Below are positions 14,053-27,285 of a DNA stretch of 64,000 nucleotides, in pieces. The notes under the pieces are model-generated. The model did not search any database and was not told the DNA's origin. It saw only the letters and a list, made by a program, of their open reading frames with translations. The stretch's first letter is position 1. Each line of letters begins with the position of its first letter. The translations under genes were made by a program, and so were the position numbers. The stretch comes from Paragordius varius (lineage: Eukaryota; Animalia; Nematomorpha), in NCBI GenBank assembly GCA_964247055.1, contig OZ176053.1, positions 3,906,001-3,970,000 of the forward strand, written 5' to 3'.

Positions 14053-16402
14053 TTTAGACGCAGTTTAAGGTCACATAAATAAGGTATTTAAATCTAACAA
14101 TGTCATATTGAATTTTTACATTTACTCTAATATACTGTAAATACGCGGAATTATATTATAAATTTATAGAACATTGGTGTACTACACAAATTGTATCTTT
14201 AATCAATGAAGATTACAATACCTTATAATATATTTTTTTAACAATTTTTAGAGCTGTATTATCAATCTTATGAGTTGCGTAACTAGTCCAATAATATATG
14301 GATCGGTTTTAAAGTGTTTATAAAACTGTATTAGTTTAAGTTTTGATTATGAGTCTAAAAATCATTGCTCTTTAAAATAGTCTAACTGGGTTAAGGTCCC
14401 AAGTCCTGTTTTTATTAAATGGTTTACAAAGTTAATTATATGTCAAATTTAGCTTTGTATCTTGATATGTTTATGATATCTATATCTTAAAATTTCAAAG
14501 TAGATATAATACATTTAAGTATTTATAGACAAAAACATTGAATTTTTATTATTATTTTTTGATTGTTTATCTTTATATAAATATATTATCGAGACCAGTT
14601 TAAAAATCATGGAAACAAAACCGGATTCGGATTTTTAAAAAGGCAGCGGCTTCTCAACAAAAATGGTTTCAGTTATTAAGAAACTAATTTAATCTTCAAA
14701 TATATGCATGATATCGGAGTTATTTTAATATAAACATCTTTTTAAATGGATTACAGATTTTATCATCGGTTTGATGGCTCAAATGATTTTAGAATAATAT
14801 AATATTATTTTGCGGTCTATTAAGCATGCCCATTGATCGCTTGTCCTTGCTTGATCGCCGAATGGTATCGTGATGAGTGTGAATGTTGGATGTGCCGATG
14901 TAATATCACTGATCAGGAAAAATAAATTCTTTAACAACATGGAATCGAAATCATTCAGAACTATATTTTAATATATTAGTATCAGCTTCAACATGAGGAA
15001 TCAAAATTAAAACTTTTTTTAAAATAATTTATATATAAGATATATATTTTAATCATTAAAACGAAATAATGTAGATTATTTTTAAGGATAAATAAATAAC
15101 ATATTATTGATTTTGCAATACGAGTCATTATATTTCTTAAATAATTAACAAATCTTTTTTAATTAATTGATATTTGTAATTACTATTAATTTAAATGGTA
15201 TGCATTTTGCTTCTATCTTGCTTTGATGTAGCCATCGACGAAAAACGGCTGGATTATTATTCAACAAAAAAAGGAGAAATGGTTATAATAATTGTTAATC
15301 CGGTTTAAATTTACAATATTTAGAAAATTCACATTTAATTTAAAAAAAACTTCTCTTCCTTCATTTAGCACAATGGAATGGATACTGAGTTTTGATTGTT
15401 TCAAATCCACACTTATTTCAATTCTCAGTATTTAATGAGGTAAAAATAGGTGATTATTATACCACCATATAACTATTTGTTAAAATTAATATTTTACGGT
15501 AAATATTGGTAAATTATAGACTGGATGAAAATAAAATATTTTTTAAAACATACTATTTGTCAAAGGCAAAAATTGTGTAAAAAATTAAAGAAGCCAAAAA
15601 CTTATTAAAATGGCATCCGATTAATAAATGCGCTTAGTCATATTTTTATTTAAACTTATATTACAAAACACCTTGACCTCATAAATATAATAACCGTTTG
15701 CCAAATATTGTGTTATGACAATCATAAAACAACGAGTTTAGGAATGTTTTTTTATTTTTTTATAAACATATTTAAACACTTAATAGGTAACCATATTTTT
15801 AAATTTACGACATGAATTATATATTTCAGCAATATATTCACTCCTTGAAATAAAACTTTAATTATGGTTAATATTTAGCATAATATGCGCTGATTTGAGA
15901 TTTTTAGATATAAAGCAATAGGCACAAAAGTGTAAATATGATTATTAAACAGATTTATTTTCTTTCTCGCTAATACTACGTATAATTACAGTTATGGTTA
16001 TAATTTAAAATTATACCTTTAAAAGAATTTGATTATGTTTGACAGGAATTTGCTATTTTATTTTCAACTGTTTGTTTTGATAATTGAACACTTAGTGTGA
16101 AATTGAATTAACTGATTACCTCAGTTCGACAAATTTTTATAACAGACATCGGTATAAAAATCATATTGCCCATTGTAGAGGAGTCCAAACAGACTTTCCG
16201 AGACCACATCTTAAAATATATTTTATTTATTTTTATAAAATATAATATATTTCTATGATATTATTCGAAATGGATCATAGCAAACTTTTTTATTTACCAT
16301 TTTCTCAATATTTGAGATTTTTAGTTAGGCAGTTAATAAAAATGGAAATAATATTAAATCTCTAATAAAAACTAAACCACCCTCAAAATAGGGATACAAT
16401 TA

Positions 16403-17820
16403 CAGAGTGCACGGTAAATATTTTTTAATAGATATTATCTGTGAGATAAATTCAACAGGATTCTCATGGTGATTTTGATTACGCCCTTACGCGTCGTTAA
16501 GAAAATTGTTTATATTTTGGTAGTCTGACTCAAAAATAGCAAAATTTGGCAATTATTCCGTGTAAATTTTTTTTGGTGAAAGCTAGATGTTCCATTCTAA
16601 AACTATTAAAATATATTGAAATCTATGTTCTATGAATTCCTTGTAAAATGGAATATTCACAAATAAACGCAAAATGCCGATACGATAAAACATTTAATGG
16701 TTGATTATGAAACTATAAAAGTTTTTTTTAAAGAGCCCATTTTGTTTAAAAATTTAATTTTTGGCATAATTTTGTAAACCGTATTTTATTATATTTTAAA
16801 GCAGGGCAAAAACGGTAGAAAAACATTTTAAGATATTTAAACCTTTTCTATGAATTCGATAACACGAAATATTTCTATCATATCAGAATTCATATAAAAA
16901 TTTGTTGTTCCTAAATTTAAATTAAATTTAAAATGTGTTTATTTATTATCAACATTATTTATTTTGTTTTAGTTTATCCATTAACAGAGACCTAACATCT
17001 ATTAAAATTTAAATTATTAATAACATAACACAGTGGTCACAAAAAATAATTTGTTAAAATCTGATAGGAAAATGTATCAGGATCATGGTGCTTTTGGCCG
17101 GTACGGGTGATATCAAAAATTTCTTTACACTTTTGTGATAAATGCTCCATATGAGAAAATGGCAAAATTTACGCTAATTAGTTAAAATAAAATTGTTTTG
17201 GGAAAGTTAAATAATTCATTCCAAAAAATATCACTGAATATTAAACTACGTGTAAAAGTAACATAAAATTTCTAAAAAAAAATTGTTTTAGAGTGCTTAA
17301 GTCCCAATTTTTTTGGCTCTTCTATAATGGTCTAGTCCCTTAATATAAACGCAAAACGGCCGGGATTTCGCAATAAATATTTTAAATATATGGTAAATTT
17401 CGATATCAATTTATAATATTTTAAAAAAATGCTTAATTTTTTTAAAATTTAATTTTTATCAAAATTTTGATGTAGCGTACTTCATACCAGTTTTTTAGGC
17501 ATAGAAACGGTATAAAATCACTATATCGGAATATTGAATAGAATATTCGCTCGTCTTCAAATATATGGTAAAAATTGTGTTTTTTTGCAAAACTCAGCAA
17601 AATTTTAAAATGAACGAAACTTTATAAAAACCTTTAAAGCGATAATTTTTGGCATCCTCAAATTTTATGGTAAAAGTGTTTTTATTATATTAAAAGCTTT
17701 TTTTCACCGTTTCCTACATCCCTTATAATAGTATTAAGTACGCTTCACCAAAATTTTGCTAAAAACCAATTTTTTATAAAAATATGCATCTTTTAAAAAA
17801 TATATGTCAAATCATATATT
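16403..17820. mobile_element. Two adjacent partial copies (from 16403 and 17031) of the palindromic element family
   Basis: Both start with cagagtgcacgg or cagtggtcaca followed by cagga..catggtg(a/c)ttttg. Region 17031-17820 is collinear with 12835-13680 (e.g. accgtttcc...caaaattttgct(a/c)aaaac...tatgcat). Confidence 0.65.
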
Positions 17821-18447
17821 AACAATGGGTGGGGTGATATAAATTTTTTTTTGACTTGACTTGAAAGTCTTTCAAGTTATTTTCTTTCATGTGATAAAAA
17901 AATTTAACATAGGGCACACTTAAGTCAAGCAAGAAAACTTGAAGATATTGCTAGAGTGGTATACTAATAAACCATTTCATTTCGGAAATGATCAATAAAA
18001 TTTAAGACATTCGGAGCCCAGTTTTGATAATTTTTTTATAAAATATATGATATATATTAATAATATTTTTAAAATCAAACATTTAGCTTTCATAAATAAT
18101 ATTTTATAATAATGTGTGCCTAATTCCTATATAGAGTAATTCTACAAAAGTCTAAATATTTTCTTATATTACTTATAAAGCCTACCAAAAGCATCATGCA
18201 AAATTTGTATTAGGATTTTTATACCCCTTTTGTGAGCAGATACAAATTAAATTTATATTAAGGGTTAAATTCATTGGTTAGTATTCGATCATGTTAGCAT
18301 GATCTACATGATCGAAATATAAGTTTTATTAATAAATTTTTTATTTGTTAATAATATATTCATACGTTTGCCAAATTAATTATTATATTGTCATTCACGT
18401 ATGGAATATTTTAACAAATGTTTTAACCCTTTATCATATAAATCCAT

Positions 18448-21400
18448 ATGGAAGAAAACGAAAATTACCAAGTGGTTGTTGCAACTAAGATTGAAGCTCG
18501 TTTATTGTCCCAAAAATCAAATACAGAATGCACCTTACGAACAGATGAATACGAAGAAACACTAAAAACTTTGGATTCCAGCATTAAAAAATCGACGGAT
18601 TTTTTAAAAAAGCTTAAATCTTTGTCGGAGACACAGAAAGATAATTTATTAAAAGATTTTAATGCTTTAAATCTGTCAAAATATTTGCAGGAAATTTGTA
18701 ATACACTGTTTAATTCTAAATTTAAAAGTTCTGATATACCATGTTTCTTGGAACTTTGCTACGCAGCACACAGGCGTTATAAAGACTTTTCTGTCTTTTT
18801 ATACGAGAGCGTCCAAAAAACATTAAATACCATTCTAAATTTTGGTATATTTTAATTTAATTATTTAGATAAACCTATTTCTAATTTTTCTAAAACACGT
18901 AATGAATTGAAACTTTGTTCAGAGCTCATAGCTTCTCATATTTTCGTCAAGGAAGACCCAAAAACGAAAGGATTTAATTTAATTTTAAAATTTTTTAAAC
19001 AAATTGTAATTAAGGACAAAATTTTTTTGTTTATCAATTTGGTTACGGCATTTTGCAAAAATTATTCAGAGGAATACATGGACCACTATATGATTCCGAT
19101 TTCCCCTCATTATAAATCCTTTACGGAAGGCGAAATGACAACGCTTCGCACGCTACTAATTGATACATATTTTAAAGGATTAGTTTTAACCAAACTTAAT
19201 GCCATGTTGAATGAGGTTAAAAAACTTAATCGTATTAACCGAAACTTGTTTCGTACGAAAGGTGAGGTACATCCAGAACGCTTAAAAACTTTCAATGAAC
19301 TCTATGAAAGTTTTAACAAATTTTTAACGGACGCTAAGGGATTAGCAAGCGCTCTTTACATGTCCGATATGATTCCTGTTTATAAACATATTCCCTATGA
19401 TTCCATGCTTGAAGACGACGAAGATGAAATGGTCAAAAAGTTGGATGAACAAGGCACAGATGATGCCGATAGTATAATTCTTTTTTATCACTTCATAACT
19501 TTTTGGTAGTAATTGGTTAATTAAGCTCGATTTAAATTTAAATGCGCTAAATAATGTGAATGATAATGAGATAAAGCGAGTTAATCATTTTTTCAAGGAA
19601 CTTAACCCGAATTATTGACTTTTTTGGAACCGTTTAAAAAAACTGAACTGGTATTTTAGAACTGTTTTTGGAGAGACCGTGGTTCTAAATAAACAAATAT
19701 TTATATTTATATGCTTATATTTTTGCCAGATTTTATCCACAATTTATCAAAATAATATTATATAATAAAAGGTTTAACTGAAACTAGGAATATTTTACAG
19801 AATTTCAATCATCAACCGTTTTTTTCTGGAAAAAATTGGTTTGGAATCGGTACAAACACAAAAATATTGACCCATCCCTGTTTTTTTTTATAAAAAATAT
19901 TAAGCTTTAACCCAAATATTTTGCCGCTGTAATTTTTATTAATTTTTTTACGTAATAAAATATGATCTAAGATATTAAATAATTTATACGCATATTTATA
20001 ACTAAAAATTTACATTTTCAAACAAATTTATTTTTAAAAATCCGCTATCATTTAGTTGCCTTTGAAGCTATTTAAATTTTCGAATTGAAATTACATAAAT
20101 TTATGGAAAAAAACCTATTTGTCAAATATAGCGATAAAATATATCAAATAATTGGCCGTAGAAACAACTAAAATTATACTATTTATACTTCAAGAGTGTT
20201 CTTAAACACTTTAAGCTGGTCCTAAACTAGTTGAGTTTGGTTTTAACCATAACATTTGCATGTATTTTCTTATTTTATTTTTTAACCTAATCTTTATTTT
20301 TTATATATTTATTTTTTGTTTTTTATTCAAAAACAACTTTTATGTTTCTAATTTTTGCCAATACAATAATATAATTAACAATGTTTTAAACAAAAATTGT
20401 AATTAATAATTCCGAAAACTTATATATTTTTCAATTACGTATTTTTGCGAAAATTCATAAGGATATACGGTTTCCGAATCCTAAAAACTTGATATTGATT
20501 TGAAAGTTTTGGTTAAATCAAGAGAAGAGGATATAAAGGATAAATTAGATGAATGGTTTGATAGATAAAAGTTATAAACAAAATAAAAAAGTTAAAGGAC
20601 AAACTTGAAATGTTTAAGGACACTTATGAAGTGCAATTGGTATATATTTATTTTAAATTTACTCAGTATAACTCCCCACAATTTATATCTCTATGAAATA
20701 TTTAATGTAAGGAAGCGTTGTGTTATATATATACTTTAAATAATAAAAAACAAGAGAAAATAATTGCTGGTAAAACAAATTTATCGTTTTTAATTTTTTA
20801 TACAATTAGTCAATAGCGATTTCAATATTTTATGCTTGATTTTAAATAAATGTAATAAAGATACCAAAAATGATTGGTCAAACGCCGGTGATGAATTTGA
20901 TGATGCCGACACACAAGCATTCTATAAAGATTTGCCGGATCTTACCGCCCTCATTCCAGCCATAGTTTATCGTTCCTCGGTTAAAAGTAACATGGATTCA
21001 CCATCCGCTAAAGCAAATGTTAATACTTCGGATATGAAAGTTAGCGATGAGAAACTTGGGGCTGTGAAAAATCGTTCACCTAAAACGAACATGCAAGCCA
21101 AAGATGAAATTGATTACGATGAATTTCTGAAATTATCATCAGTTACAGCGGTGGAAACGGTAGGCGGAACCGAAACCTCGGAACAACCAGAACCTAAAGA
21201 AGCTGATCCGATTTCAAAGACACAAGGGAGTGTAGTCAATGAAACCAGCATAAAAGTGACATCCGAAAATAGCGTCCCAGTCAAAACGTCAAATATGGAT
21301 GATGATTCTGATTTATCTTCGTTTTCTTTGGATGTAGATTCAGACCTGGAATTGTTGATAGATCAAGAATTTATGGTTGGGTTCAAGGGAGAATTTGGTG

Positions 21401-24389
21401 AAAAAAATGCTAAAACTAAGAAAAAACAATCAAGCAAAAGGGAGAAAAGTCAAGTCGGAGCGACAAACATTCTTATGAAACACAAAATGGATGAATTTTT
21501 AAATAATTTACCCTTAAAAACAAACCGGGATTTGATTGATGACGCAGCACGTTTATTCATAACCGAATTGAATAATAAAATTAATCGTAACCGATTAACT
21601 ACCCAATTGCTATCTGTTCCACGGAATCGCACCGACCTTCTCCCCTTTTATGGACGATTAATTGCCATACTTAGGCCTTGTCTACCCGAATGGGCCCAAG
21701 AAATTTGTAAAAAATTGTACTCTAGTTTCCGATTCCAATTACGGAAAAAGGATCAAATTAACATTGAAATCAAACTTAAGATTGTCAAATTTTTGGCTGA
21801 ACTAACCAAATTTGGTATTTATTCACCATTGGATATGTGTTATTGCATTTTCTTGCTCAACAATGATTTCAAGTACCATAGCATTGAAATGATGTGTGCC
21901 ATACTCGAATCCTGTGGTCGGTATTTAATACGAGCCCCCGAAAGTCGACAACGTGCAAAGTTTTTGTTGGAAAGTTTGAGGCGAAAAGAACAAGCCATGC
22001 CTCTCATAGATGAAAGGTATAAAACGTTGATTGAAAATGCCTACTTTTATTGCCTACCTCCACAATCGGCCTTCTCGGACACAGCTACTCAGCCCTCATA
22101 TACCGTGAGTGAGTTTGTCAAAGAAAAATCATTGGATCCTATTCAACGGTACATACGGAAACTATTATACACAAATCTCATATCACAAACTATGTCACAA
22201 GATAAAATTATAATTTTGCTTCGGAAGCTGCCTTGGGATATTTGGGTAGATAACGAAACTTCCAATGATTCTATCACGACCCCAGAAATGTCTTTATCCA
22301 ATGATACCAATGTAATAATACAAAATGAAGAAATGACTAACAAACAGTTGTTGACAGACACTTCACATACAAATAATTTGCCTGTATCTGAGAATGAGAA
22401 CGAAACAGTCGAGAGTGTATTTACATTAACACCGTTAGAAGAATATTTTATAGCCACGGTACTTCAACTCAAAAAATTTCGATATGATAGAATCCGTTAT
22501 TTAGCACATGTGGTATCATCAGTGAGCCTATATCGCGGAGATACTATAGGTATACATTTTTGCCAATTTATCTCAAATCTGCGGTTTTGCATATTTATCA
22601 ATATTTTTTTAGGAATAGCCCTCATAGATGATTTATTGGAGGCATTAAAAAATGGATTATCATACATGCATTACAATTCATACACCAACACTGACATTGG
22701 TATGGATGGTGTAAACAGCAAATCTAATTTTTCTCCATCACCAAAACCTTCTGCTATCCTAAATCCAACGGGATTGACACAACAAGATTTACTTTTGAAT
22801 GTGACATTTTTAAGCGAATTATACAATTATCGTTTGGCCGATTCCGAACTTATTTTTAAGGTCCTTTACTGTCTCATCATGCACGATGAGGTACAACCAC
22901 CAACAGATTTATTTGGACTTACATTGCCTCTTAAAATCCTTGAAACGTGTGGAGCTTATTTTGAACGGGGAACCCTTAAAAAACGGCTTGATTGTTTTCT
23001 CCTTTATCTCCAAGTATTTAAAATTTATTTATGTTTATCCATGTTTTACATCAATATTTTGATCTAATTTACCTACATAGATATGTAAATTTTGTAAAAA
23101 AGTTGCATTTATATGTTTATGATATTAGCGAAACTATATATTTAAACGAAATTGGCCCGGATGGTCCATTAACGATGCCGATGCTTCTCACGAAAATCCA
23201 GTAATTTTGTTATCAACATGCGTTATACTATGTTAACGATTATTTATTTATTATATTGTGTTTAGGATTTACCCAATATCCCAAACATCAATCAAGAGTT
23301 GTCGTCTAACGCCTTTCCAGTTGATTTTACGAATTATTTGACCGAAGTTTATGAAAAGTTACGGCCTAAAGCGACAATGTATACCGATTTAGCTAGCATT
23401 AATGAAGCCATACAAAAATGGGAATCCGAAAACGATGTAGTTAAACATTCTCAACCATCTCAACACATTTCATTGTTAGCACATGCGAACGGAAAAATTC
23501 TTGGTGAAAATGGAATCAATGAAGAACAAATGTTGAGGCCGGAAAATTATATGGATGAGTACCCTCCTATTGAACAACAATACCAAATTAACGTATCGTA
23601 TGATAATGGGCCAACTCCGGCTTACGATAAAAATTTGGCCATGAACCAAGACGGGGTAATATGTTAATAAAATAAATTATTTTTCTCAATTTGGATAATA
23701 ATATACGAAAATTAATCTGAAATTAAACTACGAAATATGTAAAATGTAAAACCATTTGTTCCTCATAATTTTGCGGACTAGCTTCGTACTTTTTGCATTT
23801 TTTATTGAGACCTTTGACTTGGGGTTTAGCATTGATATTTCGATAAATTCCTTACGTTTTCATAATCTCTATATTATAATTTTAGTATAAATCTTACTGA
23901 AAAATATATCTTTAAATGATAAAATTAGGTATTGATGGACATAAATACCCTGAGCCAACTTGAATTAGAATCAAGATTGCAAACGGAGAAAATGAAAGAA
24001 GATGAAGAATTTATCAAATCATTTGATTCAATGATATCAGAATCGTTACAGGTTACATAATTAAAATTATTTAATATTTTGACATAAACGCTATAATGAC
24101 TAAGTTTATCCTTATTTTGTTAAAATCATATTTTACTAAATAATTATATTGCTTTTAAGTCATTTTTAGCTATATCATATGTGCAAAATAAGTTCCAATT
24201 TCATTTTTTTCTGTTTTTTATGAAAGAAATTATAAATATACACTTTTATTGTCAAAAATAGACAAAGTCTTTTATAATTATTATTACTTACTACGAGTTT
24301 TTTATTCCATGATAATTTAAATACATTAATTCTATTATATGAAAACAGAACTTATAATCCTTTTAGATGGCTGATTTTAATTACCATAA

Positions 24390-24433
<44 letters not shown>

Positions 24434-25451
24434 ATCTTCTACCTTTTAGGCCAATTTTAATATCTTAATACAATAAATAATTTTTCTTTCAGCAAACCAC
24501 ACATGATATGGTCAAACTTACAATGTTGGATCAACTTAATCCATCGCTAGTCAAGAAACGGAGGAAAGAACAACTATCAGGACGTCATAGCAAACATCAA
24601 AATATGCCCCCTAAATCTTTGTTGAGTGATGAGCAACCACCAAATGTAAACTATTATGCTAATCGATTTGAAAAAAATAGCCAAAAAGACGATGAACTAT
24701 TATCGGCTAATAGTGAAATTGACCTAAGCAGTCTCACAAACGATGAAGATTATGGTGCTTATGGAGATGAAAGCAATACCACAACGACAAAACCTAGAAT
24801 GATGAATTTCGTTTTAGTTTCTCGTAAGGGTAATAAACCCCAATTTCGGGACGTTAAAATACCCTTTGATGAGAACATGGCCTCACGAATTAAGGATAAA
24901 GAGGAGGTACGAAATCCCATAATGATTTGGTGCAATCTAATATTAGCGTTATTTATAGTTATTATATCATAGTTTTAATTTGCTAACTTTCATAATGTAT
25001 TTTTTTCAGTATTTGGGTTAATTACCAAATTTTCTCGCTTATAAACTTTTTTTAATATTTTTTTGTCGGAATTTTTTAATACTATATTATTTTAATATGT
25101 TTTAGGCTGAAAAAAGAGAAAAAGAACAACTCAAAAAACTGACCCTTAATATCAATCAGCTTCAGGAAGAGGAAGAACGCAAAAGTAATTATTTTTACTT
25201 ATAAAATAGAAGATACTGATGTTTAACATTAGATTTTATAAATTTACTTTTTAAAAATCTTTTTTATTATTGCCACCTCCTGATTTAAATTTAATTTATA
25301 TTAAAAAAATATTTTTGTTTTAGATCAAATTATGGAGTTTCAGAACAAAAGTTCTTTCCCCGTTAACCTTAAAGACAAGCCTCAACCTCACAAACATCCT
25401 ATCAATAAATCAGACAAATATGCTGGTCATAGAAACACAACCAACCATAAA
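18448..25451 (+). CDS. UPF2: Regulator of nonsense transcripts 2 (UPF2), about 10 exons
   Basis: Manual splice model: 18448-18844, 18869-19471, 20861-22549, 22613-23013, 23129-23200, 23266-23655, 23929-24051, 24493-24906, 25106-25184, 25324-25451. All junctions are GT-AG and phase-consistent. UPF2-like motifs: LDSSIKKSTDFLKKLK, FYKDLPDLTALIPA, VPRNRTDLLPFYGRLIAIL, KIVKFLAELTKFG, FPVDFTNYLTEVYEKLRPK, EDEEFIKSFDSM, LKKLTLNINQLQEEE. Confidence 0.95.
24393..24428. repeat. (AT)n microsatellite in a UPF2 intron
   Basis: Uninterrupted AT run of about 36 nt. Confidence 0.9.
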
Positions 25452-27285
25452 GGAGATAAATTTTAGAGCTTTTAGCTAAAGTATGGCTAAGATGGCATTA
25501 TATGTGCAGAGCTGCCTTGCAATGATAATTGAAATATCCACGTGTTGTTTAAATATTTATAAAAAGTTGTATTTTGATGATATTACCCATATCTATGTTT
25601 GAAGGAATAAATTTAATTCGTATAATTTTTTTTCGAATATTATATTTGGCACTAACGAACCAAATAATTTTACCGGTATATTTAGCGGAGAATGTCTTTC
25701 TATTGAAATCTAACACTCATTTTTACATGAATTTAATTACTTAGCTCAATGATGGATCGCTAAGATTGATTTTTACATATTATTATGCATATCAACAACT
25801 TTTGCTACAATATTGCATGTGTCTACCATAATTGTGTTGTTTTTATAAAGTATTGGCTAGCGACCCTGTTCCCTTGGGTAATTTACACTCCTTAAAAATT
25901 TTTTTCAGTAAATTGGATGAAGCCAAAGAAAGCCTGATATCAAAGAGCTACTGATTGATGATTGGGTTTCATTTGCATAAATTCCGTATTGAGATTTTGT
26001 AAACTTATTTTATTTAGATTTTAATTAAAATTTAGAGATTTATCGGATCTTTTTACCAACGACATTTGGTTTTTAATCAATCTCATAAAATAACTATAAC
26101 TAAAAACATAACTAATAGAAAAGTGCATTTTATGGATTAGTAACTTGTTCTAGTGGTTCTTTTCAATTCGCGAAAATTTGTTATTCGTTATTTCCCAATC
26201 GAAAAGGTAATAAATATTTTAAAACGCTAAACAATTAGATAGGCACGGATTTTTTTAAATTTTAAAAACTTTTTAACAGACATATTTTAAATCCATCATA
26301 CCAAAAGGTATATTATAAAGGTTTGATATTTATTTTTTATGTAATGATATTCAAATATCCAAAAAATCATTTGATTAGTTGTAAATGTGTACACAAATCA
26401 GCTGTATATTGCTTCAACATGGATATATTTGAAAAAGGTCATATCTTATTTTTAAACTTATTCCGTGCAAACACTTAGATCTTATTCTTTTGTAGAGTTG
26501 TGCCGATTAAATCAAAGATTTGGTCTCACCAAGTCAGTGATGAAAGTTGACATGGTTAATTCTAGAGACACAGCTTTAAAAATTAAGATTGCGTTGTAAT
26601 CCATCCTAGTAAAAAATTGTCTTTTTTTATACAGTAAAAAAATTATAAAGATAAAAAGTCAAATTATTCAATGGTTGATACTAATCAGCTTGCGCTGAAT
26701 TTGCCATATTTCGATTTAAAACATTTACTATAAAAGTTGATACAACTTTTACTTTTACACCCAAAACTCAAAAAACCGTTGGGGCATAATGCATATATAA
26801 ATAAATATATATATTATATTGATACTTGATCGTGCCTCTTACATTACGACTAATAAGTTTTTATCGATATTAAGATATTTGTAATTATAAGGTTTTTTAA
26901 TTAAAAAATAAATAATAGAATTCATAAGCAATCTGCGTCACAAGGGACAATCTACACATTTTATCGCGTTTTTTATCTACTTAATGCAGAGGATGTTGTA
27001 TATTGATTTTTAAAAAATAATATCCTTCCTTTACTTAGAGTATTTTTTTTGTTTAAGTATTTTGTTTGTAATATTTTATTATAAATATTAATCCTTCGAA
27101 ATGATTTTATCCTAAAAATTGTTTATTTATCACTTAATGCATTTAAAAATAATTACAAAGCATTTCAAACTATTTTTCATAGTTGGCGCATTTGCTAAGT
27201 GGCATACATTTACGTTTGCAGAGTATTCACTTTAAATTTATATTCATCATAAAGTTTATAAATTTATCGAAAAAAACTTCGTAAA

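Noticed and set aside
18853-18855. Stop-codon readthrough or a variant genetic code in UPF2 and centrin
   Set aside because: Each in-frame TAA lies in a GT...AG segment whose removal restores homologous spacing. TAA, TAG and TGA all terminate genes here.
19590-19880. Possible hAT-type element with aaccg-like subterminal repeats ending cccatccctg
   Set aside because: No matching left terminus or TSD was found, so boundaries cannot be supported.
19110-22457. Antisense ORFs 19110-19295, 21450-21632 and 22143-22457 (likewise 33946, 51465, 54017, 54148)
   Set aside because: They are shadows of real coding exons on the opposite strand, with no independent features.
25500-26620. Possible hidden multi-exon gene between UPF2 and the RIM-like gene
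   Set aside because: Some short phase-compatible exon candidates exist, but no consistent full model or recognisable motif. It needs RNA-seq.
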